Of a stretch of 64,000 nucleotides of DNA, positions 19,001 to 28,247 are shown one piece after another. The stretch covers positions 833,734 to 897,733 of the forward strand of contig CP175956.1 in the NCBI GenBank assembly GCA_046116545.1, written 5' to 3'. Source of the stretch: Candidatus Moraniibacteriota bacterium (lineage in GTDB: Bacteria; Patescibacteriota; Minisyncoccia; Moranbacterales; GCA-2747515). How positions within the stretch are numbered: position 1 is the stretch's first letter; each line of letters begins with the position of its first letter. The translations under genes were made by a program, and so were the position numbers. Below the pieces are notes generated by a model. The model had not been told where the DNA came from. It made no database searches and saw only the letters and a program-made list of their open reading frames with translations.

Positions 19001-19556
19001 TGGTGGTATCGTAATTGCCATTACTGTAATACTTACAAAAAAAGGAAAAAACATGGCATTCGTCACACTTGAAGATGGCAAAAGCACAACTGAATGTTTA
19101 ATATTCCCGAAGCTTTTTGAAGAGAAAAAAGAATTGTTAATAGAAGGCATGCCCATTGTAATGAAAGGAAATCTATCCGACAAAGATGATGACCTGAAAT
19201 TTCTAGCAGAATCAATAGAAGAAATAGATGAAGAACAAAATAAGTATGCGCAAAAAGTAATGAACACCCGAAAAAAATACGGAGATACTAAAAAAGAATT
19301 GGAGAAAAAAACAGATGAGCGAAATAAGCTCATCAATAAACAAAGACTTTTCATAACGCTACCAAAAAATGGCAGTCATGAAATGATAGGCAAAATAAAA
19401 GAAGTATTGGATAAATGTGAAGACGGCAATACAGCAATATTTCTACTACACAATGAACAAAAAATAAAAACAGCTTACGAAATTAATTATAACTTTCATA
19501 GTGAAGGAGATATTGAAAAGTTAGTAGGAAAAGAAAATATCCTTTTGAAGAAATAA
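16035..19556 (+). CDS. dnaE: DNA polymerase III subunit alpha
   Basis: PHP HLHVHS, GPGRGSAAGS, MPDVDLDF, KMDFLGL, YGFNRSHA, OB fold. Confidence 0.98.
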   Translation: MSFTHLHVHSDFSLLNGLAKIDDLLDAAEKEGMKSIALTDKNAVYGLVDLQVKAKERGIKPIFGAEILVAPNGMENKTASATARKVNQLVLLVKNEAGYKNLLQIVTKAQLDGFYHYPRVDYDVLREHSEGLIALSGNSYGEVNELLKNDGFEKAKEKAILYSDIFGKDNFYLELQDHPDFDAQQKINEGLIKLNKETDIPLVACGDVFYIKKEDTDVHDILLCIKMNRQVADGDRPNLKKFNLSFRTVSEMTKLFSHVPEALENTNRIAERCNFEIELGHTKLPYYPIPDGETADGVLLEMCEKKLVEKFGDKITEEHRERMAYELSIIEKTGYASYFLIVQDFTNWARENGVVVGPGRGSAAGSFVSYLTGITNMDPIEYKLLFERFLNPERVSMPDVDLDFADDKRDDVLAYVRRQYGADHVAQIITFGTMAARAAIRDAGRALGYAYTFCDQVAKLIPEFTSIDKALAEVPDFKRLHKENVDARDLIDAARRLEGLCRHSSVHACGVVITDKPVSEYTALQRVSGDEEATVTQYASSTKFSAVEKIGLLKMDFLGLKNLTIIQNTLNMVKKIHGEDIDIEKIPLDNKKAYKLLQDGLTTGVFQLESSGMKRYLKLLKPSVLEDIIAMVALYRPGPMEWIPDFIDGKHGKKKVVYLHPKLEAILADTYGVAVYQEQVMRIVQDLAGFTLGEADILRKAMGKKILKLIKEQKIKFVEGCVEQGIKKEIAEKVFSFIEPFAGYGFNRSHAACYGLIGYQTAYLKALYPAEFMAALMTADQGNTDRIAIEAAECRDMGIEVLAPDINESFQEFAVIYDESDTKKENPRIRFGLNAIKNLGKPVAKEIVAERKRNGKYTDITDICTRTGSKDLNKKSVDALAMVGALDDFAPRDDILATMPSIITFIKELRTNASSNQDSLFGGMNLARAEITLEHVESSGKKQHLAWEKQLIGLYISDHPSNEYRDFLDYMCVPLNELGEDKANKIISVGGIVIAITVILTKKGKNMAFVTLEDGKSTTECLIFPKLFEEKKELLIEGMPIVMKGNLSDKDDDLKFLAESIEEIDEEQNKYAQKVMNTRKKYGDTKKELEKKTDERNKLINKQRLFITLPKNGSHEMIGKIKEVLDKCEDGNTAIFLLHNEQKIKTAYEINYNFHSEGDIEKLVGKENILLKK

Positions 19557-19563
19557 ATCAAAC

Positions 19564-19594
19564 CGTAGGGACAGGTTTCAAACCTATTCCTACA
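19564..19594. repeat. GTAG-type REP
   Basis: cgtagggacaggtttcaaacctattcctaca. Confidence 0.7.
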
Positions 19595-19650
19595 ATATTT
19601 TTGTAAAACAGGTCAACTTTAAATTAGATATTATGAGTATTTCACAAAAA

Positions 19651-19685
19651 AAGTCTACTGTAGAATAATTTTCTACAGTAGACTT
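19651..19685 (-). terminator. Intrinsic terminator
   Basis: aagtctactgtagaa-taatt-ttctacagtagactt. Confidence 0.85.
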
Positions 19686-19702
19686 ACCACCTGATTGACT
19701 TA

Positions 19703-20407
19703 TTATATTTTAATCAACTCTATGTAATAGGATTGATCTGAATATAATATACAATCAGAGCTATTACCAACCTGTCCTAGCTGCCACCCATTTTTTTTAA
19801 GATGAGCATTAACTTCAGCATACACTCTCAATCCATCATCCGTGCTCATGCTTATGCCCTCAGTAACATAATAAACATCATCAATCGACATAATTCCATC
19901 CGACGAACGCTTTCCACACTGCTCCGCAATAAAGGTTGTGATGGTGTTCAAAAAATACTGAACCATTTTTTCAAAAGTCGCTTCCCACGCATCATCAAAA
20001 TCAACTGATGTCACAATCTCCGCTGGTTTAAATCTTGAATTAAAAACTAATGTATTTTCACCTGTTGCGTCATTATGTTTGCAACTTATGTCAAATTCAT
20101 TATATTTTTTTTCAAGTACCTGGAGAATGCCGTCAAATAAATTATTTTCTGGCTGAAATGTATTATTCTTTCTATTTATGATACCCATATTATTTGACCA
20201 TTCAAAAACTCCTGCATCATGTTTATCATAATCCCCGTTTAATTCTGTGTACAGATTAATTCTGGGCAATCTACGCATAGAACTTGATGAGTCCGATGAT
20301 GTAAATTCACGCAAATATTCATCAATTAAACTTGATAAAACAATAACGGCTCTCATGATAGTATTATCAAACCTTTTCTGCATTTTATCATTATAAAATT
20401 GTGACAT
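19703..20407 (-). CDS. Hypothetical protein (orphan cassette)
   Basis: 234 aa; SD GGGAGAGG; promoter TTGACA-17-TATTAT at 20484-20512; TTTAACAA at 20427-20434. Confidence 0.7.
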   Translation of the reverse strand: MSQFYNDKMQKRFDNTIMRAVIVLSSLIDEYLREFTSSDSSSSMRRLPRINLYTELNGDYDKHDAGVFEWSNNMGIINRKNNTFQPENNLFDGILQVLEKKYNEFDISCKHNDATGENTLVFNSRFKPAEIVTSVDFDDAWEATFEKMVQYFLNTITTFIAEQCGKRSSDGIMSIDDVYYVTEGISMSTDDGLRVYAEVNAHLKKNGWQLGQVGNSSDCILYSDQSYYIELIKI

Positions 20408-20569
20408 TTTCCTCTCCCTTTTCTATTTGTTAAACAACTATATTAATTTACATTTATAATATTGAGAAAATTCTCAATAAGATATAATAACATCAAACAC
20501 CTATATTGTCAATCATTTGACAACATATTATCTATATGCAAAAATATAATTACAATTAAATATTGACTA

Positions 20570-20735
20570 TGAAGTAGCGTAACTAACTATGGAGTCAACG
20601 TAATTATTTGCAAACGTTATCTGCAAAAACCAAGAGTGCCCACAACAAAATGTAAATTTGGGAAACTGAGTGGAACCGCCCTATCAAATAGGGTCTCAGT
20701 ATTGATTTATTATTTGTTGTTGGTGCTTTTTTGTT
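20570..20735 (+). promoter_or_regulatory. T-box riboswitch upstream of thrS
   Basis: Antiterminator ctgag-TGGAACC-gcc...ggt-ctcag with UGGNACC bulge, then a terminator-like stem and U-tract; precedes an aminoacyl-tRNA synthetase. Confidence 0.75.
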
Positions 20736-20756
20736 TTTATGAAAAAGCAAAAATAC

Positions 20757-20876
20757 AACCTCTTCTCCTTTTGGGGGAAGGTGCCCGACAGGGCGGATGG
20801 GGGGACATGTCATCAAAAACTATATTGTTCAAAACAATAACCCCTCACCCCAACCCTCTCCCTATGGGAGAGGGCG
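20757..20876. repeat. Pair of family A REP-like palindromes in the thrS leader
   Basis: cttctccttttgggggaaggtgcccgacagggcggatggggg; cccctcaccccaaccctctccctatgggagaggg. Confidence 0.85.
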
Positions 20877-20903
20877 TTTCTAATATACTAACTCACTAAA
20901 ACT

Positions 20904-22667
20904 ATGTGTGGAGAACAAACAAAAGAAATTGACGTGAAGAGACACTCAGCAGCTCATATCCTTGCGATGGCTGTGCTTGATTTACACCCAGATGCTAAAC
21001 TTGGCATCGGACCAGTTATTGATGATGGATTTTATTATGACTTTGAGACCCAAAATCCTATCACAGAAGATGAACTCAAGAAAATTGAAAAAAAGATGAA
21101 GAAACTAATTTCACAAAATATTGATTTTGAGAAAAGTGAATTAGATATCGATGAAGCAAAAGCAAAATTTGAAGCTGATGGTCAAAAATATAAAGTTGAA
21201 ATTATAGATGATTTGAAAAAAGAAGGTGAAAAAACTATTTCAATTTATAAATCAAAAGATTTTGAAGATCTTTGTCGTGGACCTCATGTAGAAAATTCAA
21301 AAGAAATTAACGCCAAGGCACTCAAAATTACTAGACTAGCTGGAGCATATTGGAAAAGTGATGAAAATCGTGAACAACTAACTCGTATTTACGGTGTACT
21401 TTTTGAAACAAACGAAGAGCTTGCTGAATATAATCAAAGGCTAGTAGAAGCAAAAAAACGAGATCACAGAAAACTTGGTAAAGAATTAGATTTATTTACT
21501 TTTTCAGAGACTGTTGGAAGTGGATTGCCAATGTTAACAGAGAAAGGAGCTACGGTGCGAAGAGTGCTTGAAAGATTTATTGTGGATGAAGAACTACGTC
21601 GTGGATATAAACATGTTTATACACAAGATATTGCAAAAGTTGATCTTTATAAAAAATCTGGACATTATCCATATTACAAAGATTCGATGTACGCACCTAT
21701 AGAAATTGATGGCGAGCAATTCATGTTGCGTCCAATGACTTGTCCTCATCATTTCGAGTTATTTTTACGAAAGCCTCATAGTTATAGAGACTTGCCTGTG
21801 CGATATGCTGAACTTGCAAAACTTTATAGATATGAACAATCAGGCGAACTATCAGGACTTATGCGTGTGCGATCATTTACATTAGCTGATGCACATATAT
21901 TTTGTGCTGATGCTGAGCAAGCTGGTAGCGAAATATCCAAAGCGTTGGATTTAATTGATTTCATAGCAGAAAAATTTGGATTAAAAATGGGAGAAGACTA
22001 TTGGTATACACTAGCATTGGGAGATAGAACCGATGAAAAGAAATACTACAAAGATGATGCTGCATGGGACACTGCCGAAGATGTATTGCGAAATATATTA
22101 GAAAATAGAAATTGTCATTTCACAGAAGAAATAAATGGAGCTGCATTTTATGGTCCTAAAATAGACATCCAAATGAAAAATGTTTCTGGGAAGGAAGATA
22201 CTGCATTCACTGTTCAATATGACTTTGTAATGCCTAAACGATTTGACCTAAATTATACAAATGAATCTGGTGAAAAACAAGAAACTATTGTTGTGCACAG
22301 ATCTTCAATTGGAGCGCTCGAAAGAATTATGGCATTTCTCATCGAACATTATGCAGGCGCATTTCCACTATGGCTCTCCCCTGTTCAAGCTGTTGTAATA
22401 CCAGTATCTGACAAATTTAATGATTATGGTCAAAGTGTAGTAGAACGTCTACAGCAAGAAGGTTTCCGTGCTGAGCTAGATAATGACTCCGAGACGCTTG
22501 GAAAGCGTATACGAGTCGCTCAGAAAGCAAAGACACCTTATATGCTAGTAGTTGGTGAAAAAGAAGTGACTGATACTACTGTTGCCGTACGTTCACGTGA
22601 TAATGGCGATGAAGGAGTTATAAGTATTGATGATTTTGTTGAAAAAATGAAAGAAGAAATCAACTAG
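20904..22667 (+). CDS. thrS: Threonine--tRNA ligase
   Basis: RHSAAH, DLCRGPH, RDHRKLG, RPMTCPHH, FYGPKID. Confidence 0.98.
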   Translation: MCGEQTKEIDVKRHSAAHILAMAVLDLHPDAKLGIGPVIDDGFYYDFETQNPITEDELKKIEKKMKKLISQNIDFEKSELDIDEAKAKFEADGQKYKVEIIDDLKKEGEKTISIYKSKDFEDLCRGPHVENSKEINAKALKITRLAGAYWKSDENREQLTRIYGVLFETNEELAEYNQRLVEAKKRDHRKLGKELDLFTFSETVGSGLPMLTEKGATVRRVLERFIVDEELRRGYKHVYTQDIAKVDLYKKSGHYPYYKDSMYAPIEIDGEQFMLRPMTCPHHFELFLRKPHSYRDLPVRYAELAKLYRYEQSGELSGLMRVRSFTLADAHIFCADAEQAGSEISKALDLIDFIAEKFGLKMGEDYWYTLALGDRTDEKKYYKDDAAWDTAEDVLRNILENRNCHFTEEINGAAFYGPKIDIQMKNVSGKEDTAFTVQYDFVMPKRFDLNYTNESGEKQETIVVHRSSIGALERIMAFLIEHYAGAFPLWLSPVQAVVIPVSDKFNDYGQSVVERLQQEGFRAELDNDSETLGKRIRVAQKAKTPYMLVVGEKEVTDTTVAVRSRDNGDEGVISIDDFVEKMKEEIN

Positions 22668-22683
22668 ATTATTTAGTCACGTA

Positions 22684-22771
22684 GTCTTTGCGAGGAGGTA
22701 CGACGAAGCAACCTCGTTAAGATTATTGATATCATTACGGAGATTGCTTCGTCGTACCTCCTCGCAATGAC
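22684..22771. repeat. Family C RPE-like element
   Basis: gtctttgcgaggaggtacgacgaagcaacct...agattgcttcgtcgtacctcctcgcaatgac. Confidence 0.85.
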
Positions 22772-22822
22772 CTAAAAAAATTAAAAGACAGTATCATTGT
22801 GATACTGTCTTTTGCTTTTGTG

Positions 22823-22996
22823 TCATTCATCTCTTTTAAACTTTATGTCATATTCTCCAGTTATGACAGGTCCTCCATTTTTATACGGAAAAGCTTTTAG
22901 AGAGTATACCTCCTTTGTGCCATCTTCACGAACTAACTTTAACTGTTGACCGTTTTCATCCCTAATAATTTCTATTCCAATAAATTCACCTGACAC
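22823..22996 (-). CDS. Small hypothetical protein (57 aa, GTG start; not in the ORF track)
   Basis: SD AAGGAGG, VSGEFIGIEIIRDENG...KFKRDE*, terminator ~22783-22813. Confidence 0.6.
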   Translation of the reverse strand: MSGEFIGIEIIRDENGQQLKLVREDGTKEVYSLKAFPYKNGGPVITGEYDIKFKRDE

Positions 22997-23054
22997 ACTT
23001 GCCTCCTTCTTTTTTAAAATGTACTATGTATATAATAAAATAATTATACTAACC

Positions 23055-23999
23055 ATGTCTAAAAAGTCAATCACAATCATCGGACCAACAGCATCTGGCA
23101 AATCAGATATGGCTATTGGCATTGCAAAAAAATTCAATGGTGAAATCATTAGTGCTGACTCTAGACAAATTCATAGATATTTAGATATAGGAACAGGCAA
23201 AGAGCCTGGCAAAATAACTCTAAATCAAAATCGCGGACCCTATACAAAAAAAGCATATTTAAGTAGCGGTGTCCCACATTATATGATTGACATCATACAG
23301 CCCAATACTATTTACAATGTTCAAAAATTTGTAAAAAAATCAAAAAATATTCGAAACGATATATGGGCAAGAAACAAACTTCCAATTGTAGCAGGAGGCA
23401 CTATGTTCTGGGCACAAGCATTACTAGAAAACTCATCCTTCCCAGCCGTAAAACCAAATACGTTATTACGTAGTGTATTACGTAATAAATCTACTGAGAC
23501 ATTATATGAAAAATTACAAAAACTAGATCCAGTATTTGCAAAAAAAGTAGATAAAAATAATCCTGTAAGACTTATACGCGCAATTGAAATAGCAACAGAA
23601 TTAGGAAGTGTACCAGAACCCAAAGTAACAAAAATCAATCCAGATGAACATCTTATAATAGCAATCTCACATCCCCGAGAAATACTCTTTGATAGAATTG
23701 AAAAAAGAATGGACAAATGGTTTGATGAAGGAATTTTCCAAGAAATAAAAAATGCACACTATAAACTAAAAGTACCATGGAGTAGACTTGAAGGATTTGG
23801 ACTAGAATACAAATGGTGTACTAAATATGTACGAGGCCAAATCTCTTTTGAACAAATGCGAGAAAATACTATCAGAGATCTCAAAAAATATGCACGCAGA
23901 CAAGAAACATGGATTCGCCGCTGGGAAAAACAAGGCACAAAAATTCATCGCATCACCATAGAAAAGGATGCTATAAAAATTTGCAAAGATTTTTTATAA
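23055..23999 (+). CDS. miaA: tRNA dimethylallyltransferase
   Basis: IIGPTASGKS, IISADSRQ, DIGTGK, GGT, YARRQETW. Confidence 0.95.
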   Translation: MSKKSITIIGPTASGKSDMAIGIAKKFNGEIISADSRQIHRYLDIGTGKEPGKITLNQNRGPYTKKAYLSSGVPHYMIDIIQPNTIYNVQKFVKKSKNIRNDIWARNKLPIVAGGTMFWAQALLENSSFPAVKPNTLLRSVLRNKSTETLYEKLQKLDPVFAKKVDKNNPVRLIRAIEIATELGSVPEPKVTKINPDEHLIIAISHPREILFDRIEKRMDKWFDEGIFQEIKNAHYKLKVPWSRLEGFGLEYKWCTKYVRGQISFEQMRENTIRDLKKYARRQETWIRRWEKQGTKIHRITIEKDAIKICKDFL

Positions 24000-24113
24000 A
24001 TATACACCTATTCGAATCCTATTACTCCAACCAATTTTTTACAAATAAAAAAAGTGATAACAAATGTTCTTGTTATCACTTTATAGAAAATACAATCAAA
24101 AGACTATACTTTA

Positions 24114-24659
24114 CTACCACTGTGCGATTTCGCCAATGGCATCAACTGTGCTCCCCACATGCATACGTTGAATAACAGCTGAATTTACGTCACCATTCTC
24201 ACGTAATTCATCAATAACTTGTTGGACTGTACCAACTCCATTATCCATTTCAAATCCATGGACGCTAATTTCGTCGCCCTCAATCTGAGTTTTCATGACA
24301 CGACCCAACAGATAATCAAAATATTTCCCTTGTTCGAGAAGTTTTTCTGCTACTTCCCTACTCATTGGTGTAGGGTCATAATGCATAAACCCCATACCCT
24401 GTGGCCTTGCTGTATTATACAATGCTGCAAGAACATCAGCCTTATTCAATCCTGTGATAGAGACATCTCCATCAACCAGTTTACTTATAGGCTCACTCAT
24501 CACAGCACGCGCTGCAATCAGTGCTTTCTTTGGGTTTCTGATACCACAAAAAGTTGCAGCAATATTTCGTCCACGTTTTTTCTGAAATTTTGCATGTGCT
24601 ACCACATACTCTGCTGAACCTTGCTGTAATGTCCGTAAAAAAGATTTTGTTATTGACAT
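24114..24659 (-). CDS. Hypothetical protein with a conserved, possibly phage-associated C-terminal domain
   Basis: ITGLNKADVLAALYN..PQGMGF..YFDYLLGRVMK..DNG; family link is from recall only. Confidence 0.65.
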   Translation of the reverse strand: MSITKSFLRTLQQGSAEYVVAHAKFQKKRGRNIAATFCGIRNPKKALIAARAVMSEPISKLVDGDVSITGLNKADVLAALYNTARPQGMGFMHYDPTPMSREVAEKLLEQGKYFDYLLGRVMKTQIEGDEISVHGFEMDNGVGTVQQVIDELRENGDVNSAVIQRMHVGSTVDAIGEIAQW

Positions 24660-24704
24660 TTATCTCTCTCCTGTTAAAAAATATTGAACTACTTAATAAG
24701 TATT

Positions 24705-25634
24705 TCAGTCGTATGAAAACCGTACAGTTTTCAATTCTTCTTCTATAGCTGGTCTTACAATTAAACCATTTTTAAACATTTTATCTGTAAATGACAATCG
24801 AGAATGCACATCAACATGTGGCATGACTTCGTTAGTCATCATGTACCCATACGAACCATCTTCAAATTTGCTAGGAGAAGTGTAAAGACGTGCGTATTGC
24901 CATCTAGTTCCTCCATCTTGTGTATACTTTACACATTGACCTGCCAAAGCGTCGAGTCCTTCAACAGAAAACACGTCAGAATCGGTTCGATGTGGCTCAT
25001 TCTTACCACGGGTCTTCTTGATGATATCATCTAATTTGTCACATTTATCATAAGAAAGTGGTGCATCTTGACCTTTGAGTAAATGATAACGCTCAGTAAG
25101 GTCCTTCCATCGAGTCTTACTACTCTCGTAAGACATGTAATCCGTACGACAGTCATGGTACTCTGGTGTAGGAAGCTTTAAGTCATCCACTTGATGAATT
25201 GCATAAATCGGACCAACTGTACCCATTGAAGTATCTTGAACCTCTTGATAAATAATAGCACCAAGTCGATTCAACAACTGTTCAATAAACTCGTCCCATC
25301 TACCGCTACCACTACCCCAACAATTCCAGAATCCCCACGGAGTATGAATTTTACCTGGCTGGCCATAATAAAACTCGATATATAATCCACGTTTTGTCTG
25401 AGAATTAAAAGAGTTTACACCACCATCTCGCCTGTCATCAAGCCATGGCATATCAGAATCATCACTTACATTTGGTGTGGCATATTCATATACCATATCG
25501 GCAATCGCCCTGACTGCCAAATACAATTGAAAATCATCCATTTCATTTGGATTATCTGTATATGTAATCACAGAACCCATAGAATTACCATTTACATCAG
25601 TCACACCATCAAGAACTTTAATAAGGTCACTCAT
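24705..25634 (-). CDS. Hypothetical protein (orphan cassette)
   Basis: 309 aa; SD GGAGG; promoter TTGACA-17-TATATT at 25712-25740. Confidence 0.7.
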   Translation of the reverse strand: MSDLIKVLDGVTDVNGNSMGSVITYTDNPNEMDDFQLYLAVRAIADMVYEYATPNVSDDSDMPWLDDRRDGGVNSFNSQTKRGLYIEFYYGQPGKIHTPWGFWNCWGSGSGRWDEFIEQLLNRLGAIIYQEVQDTSMGTVGPIYAIHQVDDLKLPTPEYHDCRTDYMSYESSKTRWKDLTERYHLLKGQDAPLSYDKCDKLDDIIKKTRGKNEPHRTDSDVFSVEGLDALAGQCVKYTQDGGTRWQYARLYTSPSKFEDGSYGYMMTNEVMPHVDVHSRLSFTDKMFKNGLIVRPAIEEELKTVRFSYD

Positions 25635-25861
25635 GGTATCGCCTCCATATTGATTTTATAAGGAATTGCTTAATAAAAAAGCTATATTTACATGTTAAAC
25701 AACAATGTATTAATATAACACACTTCATTAAATTTGTCAACTTATATTCCTTAAATTCTACTCCAAAACTGAATTTAAAAGTGTTCGAACCTTATATCAT
25801 ATACTCAACACAAAACCACTCTTACATAAGAGTGGTTTTTAAAATAAATCCAAAAATTAGG

Positions 25862-27334
25862 CTATTTCAATTTCTCTTTTAAAATCTCCATAACCATTTG
25901 AGGATTTGCCTTTCCTCCTGTTTCTTTCATTACTTGTCCCATAAGATATTTGATTGCATTCTCTTTTCCTGCTTTATAGTCATCAACAGATGACTGATTT
26001 GCAGCAAGTACATCATCAACATGCTTCTCTAACTCGCCTGAATCAGAAACTTGTGCTAGATTTTTTTCTTCAATTATATGACTTGGATCATCGTCATCGC
26101 CATAATACATTTCAGAAAGAACTGTTTGAGCAGCTGAAGAGTTAATTGTACCATCTGCAACAATTCCAATAAGTTCTGCGAAATTTTCTGCAGAAATACT
26201 AATATCTGTGATTTTTTGATTTTCTTTAGACATTATTCCCTGTAATTCTCCTACAAGATAATTTGCTGCAAGTTTAATTGCTTTTTGTATATCTGATTTC
26301 ATTTCACCAGACTTATTCTTATCCAGCAACTCACTTACCACATTCTCAAAAAATCCTGCAGTATCTTTATCAGCTGTTATAACTGCACAATTCCCTTCAC
26401 TAAGATCATATTCTTTTTTAAATCTTTCTTCTTTTTGATGCGGTAGCTCAGGTAAAGTTCTTTTTAATTCTTCAATATATTCATCTGTAAAAATCATTGG
26501 AGGAATATCTGGTTCTGGAAAATACCTATAATCATTTGCATTTTCTTTTTTACGCTGTGAAACAGTTTTACCTTTATTATCATCCCAACCACGAGTTTCT
26601 TGTGCGATTGACTCTCCAGCATCAAGAGCTTTTCCTTGTCTTATAATTTCAAATTCAATTGATTTTTCTACAACTTTAAATGAGTTAAGATTTTTAATCT
26701 CAACTTTTTGTCCGCTCAATTTATCTTCACCGTCTTTATAAAGAGAGACATTTACTTCACAACGCATCTGTCCTCGCTCCATATCCGCATCTGCAATATC
26801 AAGATAACGAAATACTTGCTGAATTTTTTGACAAAATAATCTAGCTTCTGCACCTGTTTTAATATCTGGTTCAGTTACAAGCTCCATAAGTGGCACTCCG
26901 GCACGATTCAAATCAACCAAAGTGTAATTAGCACCTTTTGGATGAGTTGATTTGCCTGTGTCTTCCTCCATATGAATACGAGTGATACCTATCTCCCTAT
27001 CACCTATAGTAATCTTACCAAGTCCACAAAGTGGCATATCAAATTGAGAAATCTGATACCCTTTTGGTAAATCAGGATAAAAATAATTCTTTCTATCAAA
27101 TTTACTTGTACGTGCAATTTCACAATTAAGTGCTAACCCCGCCTTTTGCACAAATTCAATAGCTTGCCTATTTGGCACAGGTAAACTTCCAGGTTGTGCA
27201 GTTGTCACTGGATCAATTGATACATTTGGCCTATCTTCCATACCCAAATGATTTGGAGCTGATGAAAACATTTTTGATTTAGTTTTCAACTCAACATGGA
27301 TTTCCATTCCCACTGTTACATTATATTTACTCAT
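25862..27334 (-). CDS. gatB: Asp/Glu-tRNA amidotransferase subunit B
   Basis: VGMEIHVEL, FDRKNYFYPDLPKGYQISQ, DYRYFPEPD. Confidence 0.98.
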   Translation of the reverse strand: MSKYNVTVGMEIHVELKTKSKMFSSAPNHLGMEDRPNVSIDPVTTAQPGSLPVPNRQAIEFVQKAGLALNCEIARTSKFDRKNYFYPDLPKGYQISQFDMPLCGLGKITIGDREIGITRIHMEEDTGKSTHPKGANYTLVDLNRAGVPLMELVTEPDIKTGAEARLFCQKIQQVFRYLDIADADMERGQMRCEVNVSLYKDGEDKLSGQKVEIKNLNSFKVVEKSIEFEIIRQGKALDAGESIAQETRGWDDNKGKTVSQRKKENANDYRYFPEPDIPPMIFTDEYIEELKRTLPELPHQKEERFKKEYDLSEGNCAVITADKDTAGFFENVVSELLDKNKSGEMKSDIQKAIKLAANYLVGELQGIMSKENQKITDISISAENFAELIGIVADGTINSSAAQTVLSEMYYGDDDDPSHIIEEKNLAQVSDSGELEKHVDDVLAANQSSVDDYKAGKENAIKYLMGQVMKETGGKANPQMVMEILKEKLK

Positions 27335-27355
27335 GTTATTGCTATTACAAACTAA

Positions 27356-27685
27356 TTATCTATTATCACCATCTCCATGTATTTTATTCCTCATCAATCT
27401 ACTTTGTGTCTTTTTGATATTACCCTCTGCGACATCATCCAAATTCAGATTTAATTCTGTAGCCAGCTGTGCAATATACCAGAGAACGTCTCCCAACTCC
27501 TTTGCAATCTCTGCACGTGTTTCATCATTTATTTTCCCACCTTTATCCCTAATAACTTTTTTAATTTTTTCTGCCACCTCGCCTGTTTCACCCGCAATTC
27601 CCAAAACTGGAAAAATAAAGTTGTTATCCTTATCTGGATAAACTGCATGTTTGCGTGTTTTCTTTTGATACTCACTAAACTTCAT
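27356..27685 (-). CDS. MazG-like nucleotide pyrophosphohydrolase
   Basis: LGIAGETGEVAEKIKK, KELGDVLWY. Confidence 0.9.
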   Translation of the reverse strand: MKFSEYQKKTRKHAVYPDKDNNFIFPVLGIAGETGEVAEKIKKVIRDKGGKINDETRAEIAKELGDVLWYIAQLATELNLNLDDVAEGNIKKTQSRLMRNKIHGDGDNR

Positions 27686-27727
27686 AATACTTTTAATCTT
27701 TATATTATCTACCTTATTCAACTAATT

Positions 27728-28153
27728 TTATTTAAGCCCTGTGCTACCAAATCCACCGTCACCTCTTTGTGTCTCATCAAGTTCATCTACTTCTTCTATA
27801 ATAGGACATTCTACCCTTTGAATCAACATTTGTGCTATCTTATCTCCTTTATTTATTTTATAATCTTTTTTGGACAAATTTCTTATGATAACACCAATTT
27901 CACCACGATAATTACTATCAATTACACCACCCATTGTTTTAAGACCACCTTTAAAAGCAATGCCACTCTTATCCCAAATAAGCCCTACAAATCCGTCAGG
28001 GATTGCCATACTAATCCCAGTTTGACATGCTACTATGTCTCCAGGACTTAACACGATATCCTCAATAGAATATAACTCCATTGCAGCATCTCCTTCAATA
28101 GTATATTGTGGTAATTTTGCTTCTGGATTAATCTTTTTTATTTTAATATTCAT
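27728..28153 (-). CDS. dut: dUTP diphosphatase (trimeric)
   Basis: GVIDSNYRGE, GDKIAQ, RGDGGFGSTG. Confidence 0.96.
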   Translation of the reverse strand: MNIKIKKINPEAKLPQYTIEGDAAMELYSIEDIVLSPGDIVACQTGISMAIPDGFVGLIWDKSGIAFKGGLKTMGGVIDSNYRGEIGVIIRNLSKKDYKINKGDKIAQMLIQRVECPIIEEVDELDETQRGDGGFGSTGLK

Positions 28154-28247
28154 ACTTTTAAAAATTCATTAACTATACTAGTCTATCAAATTCAAAGGAA
28201 AATTAAAAGACCCTATCTTTGTTAAGATAAGGTCTTTGCAAGCTAAT

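Noticed and set aside
20604-20899. Short ORFs over the thrS leader (also 2930-3112 and 15202-15513)
   Set aside because: They are translations of REP-like palindromes, the T-box or antisense sequence
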